A DNA stretch of 64,000 nucleotides from the human T2T-CHM13v2.0 reference genome, Homo sapiens. Shown here piece by piece: positions 47,201 through 60,489 of this stretch. The position numbers and the translations under genes were made by a program. The DNA lies in assembly GCF_009914755.1 (NCBI RefSeq), contig NC_060934.1; one strand, 5' to 3'. Under the pieces are notes generated by a model. The model searched no databases. It was not told the origin of the DNA and saw only the letters and a program-made list of their open reading frames with translations. The stretch's first letter is position 1, and each line of letters opens with the position of its first letter.

Positions 47201-48299
47201 TGTGTAGATACAGCTATAAGTACCTAGAAAAAGGCCCAAAGGACATACACAAACTTTTAACAATGGCCTCCTCTAAAATGGCCAGATCAATGATTTGCAG
47301 GGTTTTAGCTGTTCTATAGCCAGGCCTTCCCTCAGGTGAGATCCCTCTTGGTAGCACCCATGTGTAGTATCTTCTCCACAGGGAGAAGATTAAGTACAAT
47401 TTCCTTGTATGGAGAGAGGCACAGAGAAATTAGAAAGAAACAGAATAGAGAATAAAGACAGTAATATTCTTTGAGTTATCTTGCAAGGCTAGCCTCCATA
47501 GGAGAAAATTTCTTTAGTGAAGCCTCATGGGAAAGCTCATTTAGGCAGATGTTTCTATGCTTCTGCTATGTTTGATTTGAATACTGCTTTAGATTATAAG
47601 CAGTTTGAAATCAGAAGATCTCAAACCACAGGTTAAAAATATTTGGAGAAATTGAAAAATTATTATAATAAATTACAAAGACTCCATTACAAAAAAAAAA
47701 CCATTTCTTGGGTTGGATGGGCTCTGTTCCCTGGTTTTGTTAAAATCACACCATGTACACATAATTTACAGATAAAACTGTTATTAATTTACAGAATGAC
47801 CGTGACTATGTCAGTTTCTTCTTGGTTCACAGCCTGCTTTATTACCATTAACTCAAAGGTGTCTTGTGACAAGAATGAAGAATGAATTGAGAGTGAATCA
47901 AGAATAAAGAAGTAGGATGCTTTATCTAGTTCCTTTGCACCTATTCTGTGAATATGTCATGTGCTTTAATCCTCTCTGCAATTGCATATGCTGATCCTTG
48001 TTACAGAACTCATATTCTAATTCCACTCATACTATAAGCCATAATTATATATAAAATAATTTATATAATATTAAATATAAATACATTATATATGTATTAT
48101 AAAATTTTTCCCTCTAAATACTTATCTTTAGCTCTCAGTTTTTATATTCTTAGGAGTAGGAACCAGATATTACCTAGGCTTGCATCTTCCGTAGAAGTAA
48201 CAGGTGCCTGGTATTCATCAGGTGTTCAATTTGTGTTTGTTTTTATTAATGTCTTTATGTTATTACATAGTCCTGTCTATTCTCAATGGCCACTTTTTA

Positions 48300-49392
48300 A
48301 AGTAAATCACCAGAATTTAACACAGTTGATCATTTCTCCCTGTTTGGAATATTTACTTCATTTGACTTTCAGGATACAAACATTTCTTGTTTCCTGTTTT
48401 TCTCACTGGCCATTGTTTTTATTATCATCTAGTTTCTGCTCATTTCCTCAGCTTCCAAAAAACGGAGGACTGAAAATGTAATGTTTTCTATCTACATTCA
48501 CTTCTTTGGGAATCCAATTCCATCTTATGGTATTAAATTCCTTCTATACCCTGATTAATATAGAAATTGTGTTTCTAGCTCAAACTTTATATCAAATTCA
48601 GATATTTATCATCTGAACTCTTTATCTTCATCTTGAAACATTCTTCTCCTATTTTCTTTTTGAGATCAATCACTGGCAGTTCTACTTTTCCAGTGTTCAT
48701 GTTGGAAACCTTGTGATGAGCCCAGCCTTCTCATGTTATTCACAGTGTGCTAGTGACCCATCATCAAACCCCATCAGCTCACCTCTTTTCTCATCTGATT
48801 TAAAGACCATAATGTTTAATATAGATTATTGAAATAATGCCCTAACTTGTCTTTGTGTCTCTGTCCTTGTCCCCATTCAGTCTATTCTCAGCACAGTAGT
48901 CGGAGTGATCCTTTTAAAACATAAGCCAGATTAGATCACTCTTCATCTCAACACCCTTTAATGAACTCTCTTAATCCAGAAAAAAAGCCAAAGGTCTACA
49001 AGAACCTGCAGAGTCTGACCTCAGACCTCATCTCCTACCATTTTTCTCACTCACTTCCCCTCCAATCTTACTGGCTTCTTTTCCAGACAAGCTCCCATCT
49101 CAGGGTCTTGGCATTGTATTTTTCCATTTTCCTGGGATATTCTTTTCCTAGATGCACATAAGCTCTTTCCCTTTCCTTTTTTTCCCCATCCTAGACATCA
49201 TCACCGAAAATATTTATCATTTTCTATCTCTCCCTGATACCACACAAAGATAGAAGGTTTTGTTGGCATTGTCTTATTTATTACAAATAAATATTGATAT
49301 TTATTATCCTTAGCACCTAGCATATCATGTGACAAATGGAAGGCACTCAAATAAACATTTCTTGAGTAAAAGAATAAGTGAGTAAATAAATT
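48300..49392 (+). mobile_element. L2 (L2a-like) 3' portion
   Basis: acacagttgatcat..., cagtctattctcagcacagtag...gatccttttaaaacataag; terminal gcactcaaataaacatttcttgagt...aagtgagtaaat. Confidence 0.75.
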
Positions 49393-50811
49393 AAACCACA
49401 TAATTTCTCACTTCCTCTTTTCTAATGTTTCTAATGTCAGTCATTAAGATATAATCTACACTGTCCTCCAAATATGCTCAAACAACCACTTTGAAAGATA
49501 AGGAATGAATGCATTGGCCTCTTTGTAATTTAAAGTATTCTTTTTCAAAATCTTAGAGCAGGTAAATGCATAGATGATAGTTGAAATATATCATGGATTA
49601 TGTGGCTATATGCATTGATGTAAATCTATATTTTCACACATGTGAAATTGTCCACGATATTATTTATTAGGGGAAAAACAGTAATTATAAAGGATTATAT
49701 ACAGCCAGTTTCCTTTGAAGAATGGAGTGTGAAGGAGGTAGGAAATAAAATATTTGAAAAATATAAACTAACATGTTATCAGAAGTTATCTCTGGAGAGT
49801 CATTTTCTTACTCCTTCCACCCCCATGCTTTATACATTTTGGAATGAAGCCATGTTAATCAGAAAAAAATGGAAAAATTAAAGCTTAATACTGAAAAGAT
49901 CATGACATCCTCTGTCTGAGCTATTGTCATCCTTAATTAAAGCAATATTCAAAGGGATAATTAGTTGAACAAGGCTTTATTTTTAAAATAAACCAGAATA
50001 GACTCTGTTTTTACTGTTCTTCCTTTAGAATTCATGTTGGAATCTCACCTTACCCCACCTACACATTTTCTTCTGCTTTTTTGCTTTCAGTGGAAAAGGT
50101 CAGAAATTGGTACAGAGTTATTTAGAGATATGAGAGTTAAGAAATTTACTCTTTCTCTTTATCTAATTCATTGCTATAGAGATGGTTATATTTCTCTTTA
50201 GTTTCATAATTTCCCCAATTCAAAGAAAAAAAACTCTAAAGAAAGAAAAAAAAAACTCTAAAAAACAGAAAAAACTGCTAACAGCTTTCTGAAAGACATG
50301 TTTTTTTAAACCTCAATACTTGTCAAAGCAGAGCCTGATTGTGCTAGAGAAATAATTCATCTCTGAATAATTTTGAGAAACACTTTTGCTTTAATAGTCA
50401 TAAAGAATACAACTACTGTCTGTTTCACTCAAAGAAAGATTTGTTTATAATTTGGTTTTCATTATAAAACGATGTGAAATTGAAGTTTTCACTGTTTATA
50501 TTTAATTGTCGTTAGCACAAATCTCAATTAACTAATAAATACTTCTGGGTAGCATATTTTTTCCCTTTTCAGCATTTCTCTATAAAATTTACTTTCATTG
50601 CCTCTCCGTACTTTTCCATCACAATTTAAACATGTTATTTTAACATCAATAAGAAATTATTTTTTAAGTGATTTTACTTGCCTGGCCACATTTTGTCTTT
50701 CTTGAAGAGCAGAGGAATTTGCTTCACTTTGCCGTTCCTCACTTGTATCTGTTTGGACTGGTTAGCTAGGTAATAAAGAAGACCAGATATCACAGGCTTA
50801 AGATCAAGAAT

Positions 50812-50925
50812 TATAATATATTTTGAACATATATTAATATATTAATTTATACATATAATATATACTTATAAATGTATATAATATATATTTATATATGTAT
50901 ATTACACACAAACACACACACATAC
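50812..50925. repeat. TA-rich / (CA)n low-complexity tract
   Basis: Visible dinucleotide runs. Confidence 0.8.
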
Positions 50926-51009
50926 ATCTCCCTCTCTCAGCTACAACTCTGACAAGTTGCCTTCCCTCTAATACCTAATCTGGTGATCATTCTTTGTCTG
51001 GTTAAACTT

Positions 51010-51172
51010 GTGATAGAGGAAGCATGGTAAACCACTGGCTGGTTTTTAAAATTTCTGCCTGGAAATGACACACATCATAGGGGCTTACATTCCATCCAGA
51101 TTTAACAAGATGGGATGTATAATACCATCACAGAAAGGCACAACAAATTTTAATTGTCTTACAATCCACCCT
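51010..51172 (+). mobile_element. MLT1-like (MaLR) LTR remnant
   Basis: catggtaaaccactggctggtttttaaaatttctgcctggaaatgacacacatc...acaatccacc. Confidence 0.45.
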
Positions 51173-52224
51173 GTCTTTTTTTTTAACCTACCTTGCCACT
51201 TTATCCCCAGAGTTTATCATGTGGATAGATAGATAGGTATCAGAATGTTTTTTCGAAGATAAAATTTTTAATGTAAACAGCATAGTATATCTGAGCACTA
51301 AAATAGATGAACAAAATAAAAGAGAAGTTAAGGTTTACAAAAAGTAAGTCAGAGAGGAAGTAAATTGGAGAGGAGGTGAGTTTGGAGTAGGATTTTTAAG
51401 GAAAAATCAACAGGTCATGATATAAAGGGTCACGTGCAAATTCAAGGAAAACCAAAGCACGAGAAGGAGGCCAAGAGTGCTGAGTTTCAGGACACGTGAC
51501 TCTTTGGGTCATGATAATTAGATCATGGAGATGGTTGATAAAGGAAATGGGACTTGTGAGGACTCAAAGATGAGTAGCAGATTTCATATGCAAAGAAAAT
51601 GGAACCACACTATTTTGCCTAATGCATTGACATAAATTTAGAATAACACTGTGATGTAGGCGTCTAGCGTTGGGTGAATCGGGGCAGTGGAGTCGAGGTG
51701 TTCATTAAGCACTCTCATGACCTCTGACAGCTGTGTATGTGTGTGCATGGATATGCTTCTGTGTGTGTGGTGTCTATTTATTTGGGATTTTGTGGTAGAT
51801 AACTGCCACCAAGTGACAGACATGACTATAAAAATACTGGATCTGTCCAGGTTAAAAGTTTCAAGAAACAGGAACTAACTCTGGATAAGTTAAACCTCAA
51901 ATGAATTTTTAGAAATAATTTGGGCAGCTCAAATCAGCGGGAGGGATGGAAAACAGGTTTGAGGGAAAGCAGCTAGTAGAAGAAACCAACACTACATCTC
52001 AAACATGATTTGATGTGGAAAATTCTTCTTCCCTTACAACCTCCACTAGAAAACAGCCACCTAAGCCCATGGTTTTTGGCTGCATTTAGCTCCTGAAACA
52101 AAGATCAACATGTATGCATCTGAGAGCTGAGCCTATGCCTATTTATAGGAGTCCAGACAGATATGGCTAAAGAAAAAATGAAATAGGATTTTGGAGTTTT
52201 TGCATCAGGGGCATGGAGAATACA

Positions 52225-52430
52225 CACAGATGGTGGCAAGAAAATCATGACCTTTGGAGCTGGAAAGAAAATTTAAAATCTTGTCTTGACATGTACTAGT
52301 TGTGTGGCCTTAGTCAAGTTAGTTCAGGAACCTCAGTAAATTGGAGATAATACTACTATGAAGATCCAATAAAATAGTTCACGTCAAGGGCCTATCATGC
52401 TCGTAGCATATGGCTGGTTCAACGAACATT
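52225..52430 (+). mobile_element. MIR fragment
   Basis: tactagttgtgtggccttagtcaagtt...cctcagtaaattggagataatactact. Confidence 0.55.
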
Positions 52431-54331
52431 ACCTAGCTCCTGATTCTCAAAAAACACTTTGTGTTGAGAGCAATGAGGAATATCAGTAAAAAAATTCTCA
52501 TGTTCCTGCATCTAATGCCCTGAATTCCTCAGAAGATGATGATTGGAAAATAACACTTTAAGAACATAAACAAAACTTGGAGGTAAGTTTTGCTTTTGAT
52601 AAGGAATAGAATATTTTCTGGAACCTGGCTAGATTATATTGTACCCTGTTCTGGTTCAAGGTGCTGAAGACAGACTAATCCTTGAACAAACCTTAGTTTG
52701 TTCAAGCAGGTCCTTCAGGTTATACCCCTGGACTTCCTCTGCTTCACCACCATTTCTTTCCAAGTAGATCTGGATATTAGTCAGTTTTAACTTAATCCAT
52801 CCTTTGAATCATTTCTGAAATGAAAAGAAAAGAAAAGGTAATTCAAGTTCAAAAGCATTAGGAGTATAAAAGGTCTATATCAAGGGCCCAAATTCAAACA
52901 TCTTGATAAATATGAGTATCACCCCTGGGTAAGACAAGAGAAAGAGCAAGGTCTGAAGACTGTTTGATCTCCCTAAAGGTATTACCAGATAAAATGTTTA
53001 AAAACCTTCAGCCAAAGTAAAATATAAATGAAGGCAGATAACCCCTGGCTTGTATTAGGCATTTCTTACCTTCTGTTCATCCTCTTGCCTCTGGCTCCAG
53101 GCAAAAGTCTCGTGGCTTGAACTTAAGCAGATCTATATTTCCTCTATCATTTAAATGAGGTTACACAGGATATCATTTGAAAACTAGGTTTTATACCTAA
53201 AAAGGAGATCTTGATTGTGATACTCATGTGTAGACTTTCAGGATCCTCTCACCAGACAGTTATACATGAAGACCACACTTTACTATTTCCTAAGCACTTT
53301 CACATATACTCTTTCATACGATCCTTTCAAAAACCTAATGAGGAGAGATACCACTTTAGTATCTGTGATCAAGAATGTGGGGGTACTTATCATTTTGATT
53401 CAACAGAATAAAGTTGTACAATTTTTTTGGAATCTGAAAGGAAAGACTAATATTTTCTCCACAGTCAGAGATTTTTCTTAAGTCTCTAAATGGGCCCGTT
53501 CTTCCTGGAAAAGAAGGTATTTGAGGTTGAGAAAATAAAATCTGAAGTCAAAGTGTTTTGGAGACACAAGCCTTGACCAAGGCCTTAGCGATCATCACAT
53601 TCCTGGTTAGTAAAATTCATTGGAATTCTTGGCTCACTATACTGTAATCCATAACTTAGGTGTATTCTAGTAAATAGAGGTGCTGCCATATGGCTCTTCT
53701 GCTTTCCACTCTTCTTACCAGATCCCCCAGCATGGAAAGAATTCTAAGAATTATATATAATTGGAAAGAATCATGGGAACCTGATATTAAAAGAGATAAT
53801 GATAAATCATGAATCTGTGTTTTCTTGTTATGTCTTAATGTACCAGAAAGAATCATGTCTCTAGAATTGGCCATTTCATTCTCAATTGTACCAATTATTT
53901 AAAAGTGTCATTTATATACAAACCCTGAAGCTACATCAGTGCAGCTGGAACTTAATTTAATCCATTTACTCATTTGTTTAATTAACATTCAGTGAACACT
54001 TAAGATGTCTGCCCTTACTGCAGGTGTTCCGAAGTAATCAAATTGGGACTCTCCAACGAATCCCAGAAAATCTGGACAACACAAGCAACAAAGCATTTGA
54101 TAATGCGTCATCAAATATGTCATGGCCACATGCAGTAATTTAATATTCGACACGAACTACTGTTCACAAAAAGTAGAGAAAACAATTTTTGCTCTTAAGA
54201 ATCACACCCATTGGGAAAATGCATGCATTGGTTTATGTAGGATTACTTCAGCAATTGAGGGATTATGCACACACATACACACAACACACACACATTAGAA
54301 TATTGCTATTTATGACATTACCAGTTATCAC

Positions 54332-55122
54332 TGATACAGGAGCAGGACAGGAAGTGCTGGGTAGAGAAAAGTGGGGTCCCTGGTGACGGCTCCATGCTTG
54401 GGCCTGTGCCCATGGACCTAGGTGAGGAAAGGTACTCGTGTTTTTGTGCCCAAATGTTACATTTTCCAAGACCACTCTGGCCCATCACACCCTCCATCCT
54501 GGCCTATAAAAACCCCTAGACCCTAACAGGCACAGACCCAAGTGGCTGGATGTCAAGAGGAACACACCCACAGAAGAACACACAGGCAGACAGACACCAG
54601 CAGACTCTGGCAGGCCATCCACGGATGTGGAGTTTGGCCAAGGGCAGTGGGAGCCCGGTCTGAGTGACCTGACTCCAGGGGAAGAACAACTCCATCCACT
54701 TTCTGGTTCCCATCACCCTTCTGGTTCCCATCCACCTGCTGAGAGCTACCTCCACCATTCAATCAAACCTTTTTACTCATTCTCCAAGCCATGTGATCCA
54801 ATTTTTCTGGTACACTAAGGCAGGAACCTGGGATACAGAAAGCACTCTGTTCCTGCAATAAGGCAGAGGATCTAATTAAGCTGATTAACACAAGCCACCT
54901 GCAGACAGCAAAACTGAAAGAGCACATTGTAACGCACACCCACCAGGGCTTTCGGAGCTGAAAACACTCAACCCTAGACACTGCTGTGGGGTCAGCGCTC
55001 CCCACAACCTGCCCGTCTGCATGTTCTCCTTAGGGTTATGAAAATCAGGGCACCAAAGAAGCAAGCCACACACCCATTGCACACCCTGAGAGGGGGATAA
55101 GGGAACTTTTTCCATTTTAACA
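54332..55122 (+). mobile_element. ERV1 solo LTR of the LTR1/LTR27/LTR28 (HUERS-P-type) group
   Basis: TG...CA ends (tgatacagg ... ttttaaca); TSD-like tcac / tcat; TATA box at 54505; family motifs gcccaaatgttacattttccaagaccac and agctgattaacacaagcc. Confidence 0.82.
54505..54511 (+). promoter_or_regulatory. TATA box of the LTR U3 region
   Basis: cctataaaaaccc at the expected LTR position; activity unknown. Confidence 0.5.
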
Positions 55123-55311
55123 TCATATGGAGTAAATTTGTTATCTCCCTCTGCCCCAATTTTCTCACCATCTGGTATGGCCAAGATGAGCTACTTTTTT
55201 CGGTAAGAAATAGGATAACGTATGCAAAACATCTAGCACAATGCTGGCATGAAATAACTATTCAGTAATGCTTGATGTCATCATGGTCTTGGTGGTGGTG
55301 ATGATGATAAT

Positions 55312-55740
55312 TGTCTCACGCATCCGTGTGAGGAGACCACCAAGCAGGCTTTGTGTCAGCAAGAAGTCTGTTTACTTCACCTGGGTGCAGGTGGGCTGAG
55401 TCCGAAAAAGGAGTCAGCAAAGGGTGGTGGATTATCATTAGTTCTTATAGGTTTTGGGATAGGTGGTGGAGTTAGGAGCAATGTTTTGATGTTTTGCGGG
55501 CAGGGGGTGGATCTCATGAAGTACATTCTCAAGGGTGGGGAGAATTACAAAGAACCTTCTTAAGGGTGGGGGAGATTACAAAGTACATTGATCAGTTAGG
55601 GTGGGGCAGAAACAAATCACAATGGTGGAATGTCATATTTTCACTTCTTTTGTGGATCTTCAGTTGCTTCAGGCCATCTGGATGTATATGTGCACGTCAC
55701 AGGGGATATGATGGCTTAGCTTGAGCTCAGAGGACTGACA
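55312..55740 (-). mobile_element. LTR7B-like HERV-H solo LTR
   Basis: Reverse complement starts tgtcagtcctctgagctcaagctaagccatcatatcccctgtgac and has the tgtactttgtaatctcccccacccttaagaagg repeats; 5-bp TSD-like ataat / atcat. Confidence 0.93.
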
Positions 55741-56104
55741 ATCATGATCATGATATTCCTATGATTGCATTTATTTTATATAGTGGTGGAGAAAAAGGAG
55801 GAATGAGATATCAACTACTCAATAACACCAAAATAATTTTATCTACCAAGTTTTCATCAAAGATAACCTACAACTTGGAATCTAGTTTAGAGGTGTTTTG
55901 ATTACATGGTAGTAGGTTAGTGAAAAGGAGTGTTGGTCTTGATAGCTTTGGAAGCCCTGGCAAGGGTCATAGCATTGCTTTTCTAGCCAAGCAATAAGAG
56001 ATCTTCACAAAATGGACAAGGAAGAAATAGGTATATGGCACACATGCATATACACACACATCATATTATATGTATTGTATAATATATATTTAGCAATTAT
56101 GTTA

Positions 56105-56350
56105 ATTGCTTTTCATTGTGCACTTACTATGGACCAGGAACTGCACTAAATATGTTGTATGCATATTTGCAATTAATCCTTACAATAATCCTATGGGGTT
56201 AACTCTATGGGGCAGTTATTATCTCCACTTTACAGATAGAAAAATAGAGCTCAGAGATATTAAATTAATTTCCTGTCTTAGCTGGTAATTTGAGAAGGTA
56301 GTATTTTAAGGCAATTAGTCTGGCTCAGAGACAAACTCATAATAATTAAT
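56105..56350 (-). mobile_element. MIR
   Basis: taatccttacaataatcctatg...ttatctccactttacagatagaaaaatagagctcagaga. Confidence 0.75.
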
Positions 56351-56384
56351 GCTATCTTGTGCTTTTTAAAAGTGTTTACTGTGT

Positions 56385-56580
56385 TTCAAGTCTGTGTTTA
56401 AAACCTGACTCTTCTGCTGCTTCTCTTCCGTTTCTTGAGCAATTATTTAAACTCTGAGCCTCAGTTTTCTCAGCTAGAAATGGGTATGCTGATAATATCT
56501 ACTTTAAAAAATAAGGATTCTATGAAGTCACATTCATAAAAGCAGCTAATGTCGTGGTTTGCAGTTAACATACGTGACAA
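56385..56580 (+). mobile_element. MIR fragment
   Basis: ttgagcaattatttaaactctgagcctcagttttctcagctagaaatggg. Confidence 0.65.
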
Positions 56581-56813
56581 TACATAATACATATCTCTAA
56601 ATTGAGATATACTAGTTGAACAAATTTCTTTCCTTGATGCAGGTAATTTGAAAAGGAATCTGTGCTGGCAGAACAAAACAAAGCAGCCTACAGCTGCAAA
56701 ACAAATGAAGACCTCCTTATCATATCCCTAGTGCCTCAGGTTGAGCCATAAAAATGGGAAAAGTTAATAACATCATGTAGAGATTTCTGTATGGGAGGAA
56801 TTATTTTAAGTGA

Positions 56814-57459
<646 letters not shown>

Positions 57460-58519
57460 CTTTTAAGTGCTTTTAAATACAGTAATTTGTTTAATTATCT
57501 TATACATATTAGAGGTACATAACCACTTTATAGGTTAGGGAACACAGGCACAGAGACATGAACTAATTCAAACTTGGGTTGTCACAGTCAGAGTCCTCAC
57601 TTCTAACCATTATGCAGTCCTCCCCTGAGAGTCTCTGTGGGAAAAGCACCTGATGTTCAACTTCGGATCAGAAGATCTTACATCCCATCTTCTTGCCTAC
57701 TCCAATAAAGGCCAGTCCTGGATCAACCCTCTAACAAATATCTATGAGCTACTTGATATATTCGCTTTCATAATCAATGAAGAAAAAAGATATGATTATA
57801 AATTTCCTGTATCTTCTCTTTTTACTTATTCTTCTCCCTTTTCTATTTTTCCCTAAAACACTTTGTAATAAAGAACAAAGGAGTCATTTCCTCTTAGACC
57901 TTCCCCTATAAATTCTTTCTAAGGATGAGCATCTCTACTATTTGAATTCCTTTTGTAGAGCGTCATTTTCACAAGGGCACCTCTGGTATGTCTGGAAACG
58001 TAGAGAACTCTTATGCAGGGATGAACAGGGGAGCTGGTATAGATATATCCGAGCATTGAGAAGGAGATATGACCCACAGCAGAGGCCCTGAGGAATATGA
58101 AGCTAGAAATTATGCCTATTTGGGTTGAAATATTTTTGTCATATTCCACAAAACAAACGCCAGAAATAGAAACCCATGTATTTTTCCATTTGTAAAAATA
58201 CAACTCAGAGTTATTTTTTCCTCCCAGGAGATGAATGTGTTAGGTTAGCATGAGGAAGGAGAGGCCTGGGGTGGAAGAAGGGTTCTGAGCAGTCACTGAG
58301 CCTCCTTGTAGAGGGAGACACAGTGTTGGGGACCTGCCTCTGATCTTGCTCATGGTTTGTGGAATCACAAAGCCCACGATTTGTCTTATTCCTTCACTGT
58401 CTTCCCTGTTTTGGCCAGCCACCCCATGGCTGCTCCTCGGATGCCCTCTCCTGCGAGCTGACTTTCACACTCTCCACCAGCCTGTTTTCAGAACCTGGTG
58501 TGTGTGGAGCTGCTTTTCC

Positions 58520-58890
58520 CACAGGGGTTTCGCACAGGCTGCTCATTCTGCTTACAATGCTCGGTCATCACATGTCACCAGCAAGCTCCTGCTGATTCTT
58601 CGGATGTCCGCTTGGAACTCACTTGCTCAGACCAGCCTTTCCAGATTTCCCTGACTCAGCCAAATCCCCTCAACTTAGGTTCATTGCACCAGTGTGGCTC
58701 TCCTTTGTGGCAATTTTTAAAGATAAAAATGTGTACTCTTGGATGCATTATTTAATTAACTGCTATGTCCTCTGCTAGTCTCTAAAGTCCTTCTAGAGGA
58801 AAGATTGTTTTTACTGACTGCTGCAGCCCTAGTACCTAGAAGAATATCCAACCCATGTGTATTCAACAAATATTTGTTGACAGAATTAAT
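58520..58890 (+). mobile_element. L2 3' fragment
   Basis: cgcacaggctgctcattctgc...gccctagtacctagaaga...attcaacaaatatttgttga. Confidence 0.6.
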
Positions 58891-59064
58891 ATAAATTGGC
58901 TACTCGCTATGATTCCTTGGCGTGCTTTTGGTTTTCTGTTCCAGGCATTTCTTTCTCTTTGTTCCCTCTATAAAAGAAAGTTTTAAAAGTGTGATTTGCG
59001 TGTTTTAATCTTGAAGCTTCTCAGTTGTATATATAACAATAAAGATGTTTAAATTTTTATGTTG

Positions 59065-59325
59065 TGTTTATGCTAGGCATCATTCATAGTATGTATATTA
59101 ATTCATTCAATATTCATGACAATTCTGTGTGGTAGGATCCATTATAAGACATATAAATATTTTGTTACTTGAACTCTGAAATGTAAGCTCTGTTTCACAA
59201 ATGAGACTATGTAATGAAAGGTAATGAGAGGTTTAGCAACTTGCTTGAGAAAGCTGATGCTAATAATGATGGAGCAAACCAGGTGGGGTCGCGCCAAAGC
59301 CCATGCTGTCGGCCATGGTGTCATC
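59065..59325 (-). mobile_element. MIR fragment(s)
   Basis: tatgctaggc...attaattcattcaatattcatgacaattctgtgtggtagg...gagaggtttagcaacttgc. Confidence 0.55.
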
Positions 59326-59880
59326 TTGCCATCCCACAGTAGTCACACATCTGGCCTGTTTTAGCATTTCTCAAATCAGGTACAGCCATCCCAGTAGATT
59401 TCAGGCAAGGCACATCTGGTGTTTATCTTAAACATGGTGCGACCCACTTGACCATCATTATTTGGCAGAAAAATGTGAAATTGCCTTTAAAATAAAATAA
59501 GCTGTACTATAGTAAACAAGGATATATCCCATAGTAGATTGCAAAATGTATCTAAAGTTTAAGATAAAATCTAAGACTTCTGATTGCTCTTCAGTTACGG
59601 TGTCTCATATTTTCTGAGCTCCTTACTTTGTGGTCAGGCATACATGAAAGGAAAATTTGAAACAGCACTGAGTGTTATGGATATCTCTTGTTTTCACATA
59701 CATTCTTTTGAATACTTAAAAATTGGGACAAGTAACTTAGAAGGAGAAGTGCTGCTACTATACCTCTTGTGAGCTGACTGTTCAGATTGTCAGTCGGGCT
59801 AGAGTTGATCAGACTAAGAAAATAAGTTAATGTTTAAACTAACAGACATGGGCCTATTTGTCCTTGGTCATTTGAAAGTC

Positions 59881-60390
59881 TGTAGGGTCCCCCAAGTTGC
59901 CCTTACTTTTTTTCTTTGTAATGACGAAGAAACACAGAGTGCCTTGACTGCTTTGTGTCTGGGCCAACTGTATGTATTTTCTTTCATGCTTGAACCCAAG
60001 CTGGGACCCTGAACATTTCCAGGCACTGATAAGCTTATTTAATTGTTGCTTGAAACACTAAAAGATCCAACATGTTGCTATACACATTAAAACTAGCCCC
60101 AGCCCTAAACCAAATTCCTTAAATCCCCATATGTGCTCCATAACCTAACCTCCTTTTTGCAGACATATCTAGATCTCTTTTCTCACTATTTGTTTCAAGG
60201 ACTGCTGTAGTACTCTGTATGTAAGTTCCTTTAATAAACTGTTTGGACTGATCACCCTGGTATTTAGCGTTTCTTTCTTTGGAATCCCAATGGGCCTCAT
60301 CTTGGGATGGTTTGGGAAAGTCTCTTGTGGTAACTCTCCTGCTACCATTTTTAGGATGTCTCCAGCTGTGGGTTCATTCAGATGGAACAC
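59881..60390 (+). mobile_element. Solo LTR (LTR47-like; family tentative)
   Basis: tgtagggtcccc start; gcttgaacccaagctgggaccctgaacatttccaggcactgataag; poly(A) signal ttaataaact near 60232. Confidence 0.65.
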
Positions 60391-60489
60391 AGATGAAACA
60401 AAAACTGTTCAGATCTTTGATGCAAAGGCTTCTGTATGAGCAGATGGTGAAAAATAAAAATGATTCCAGTCTGCAGAATAGTTTATATT

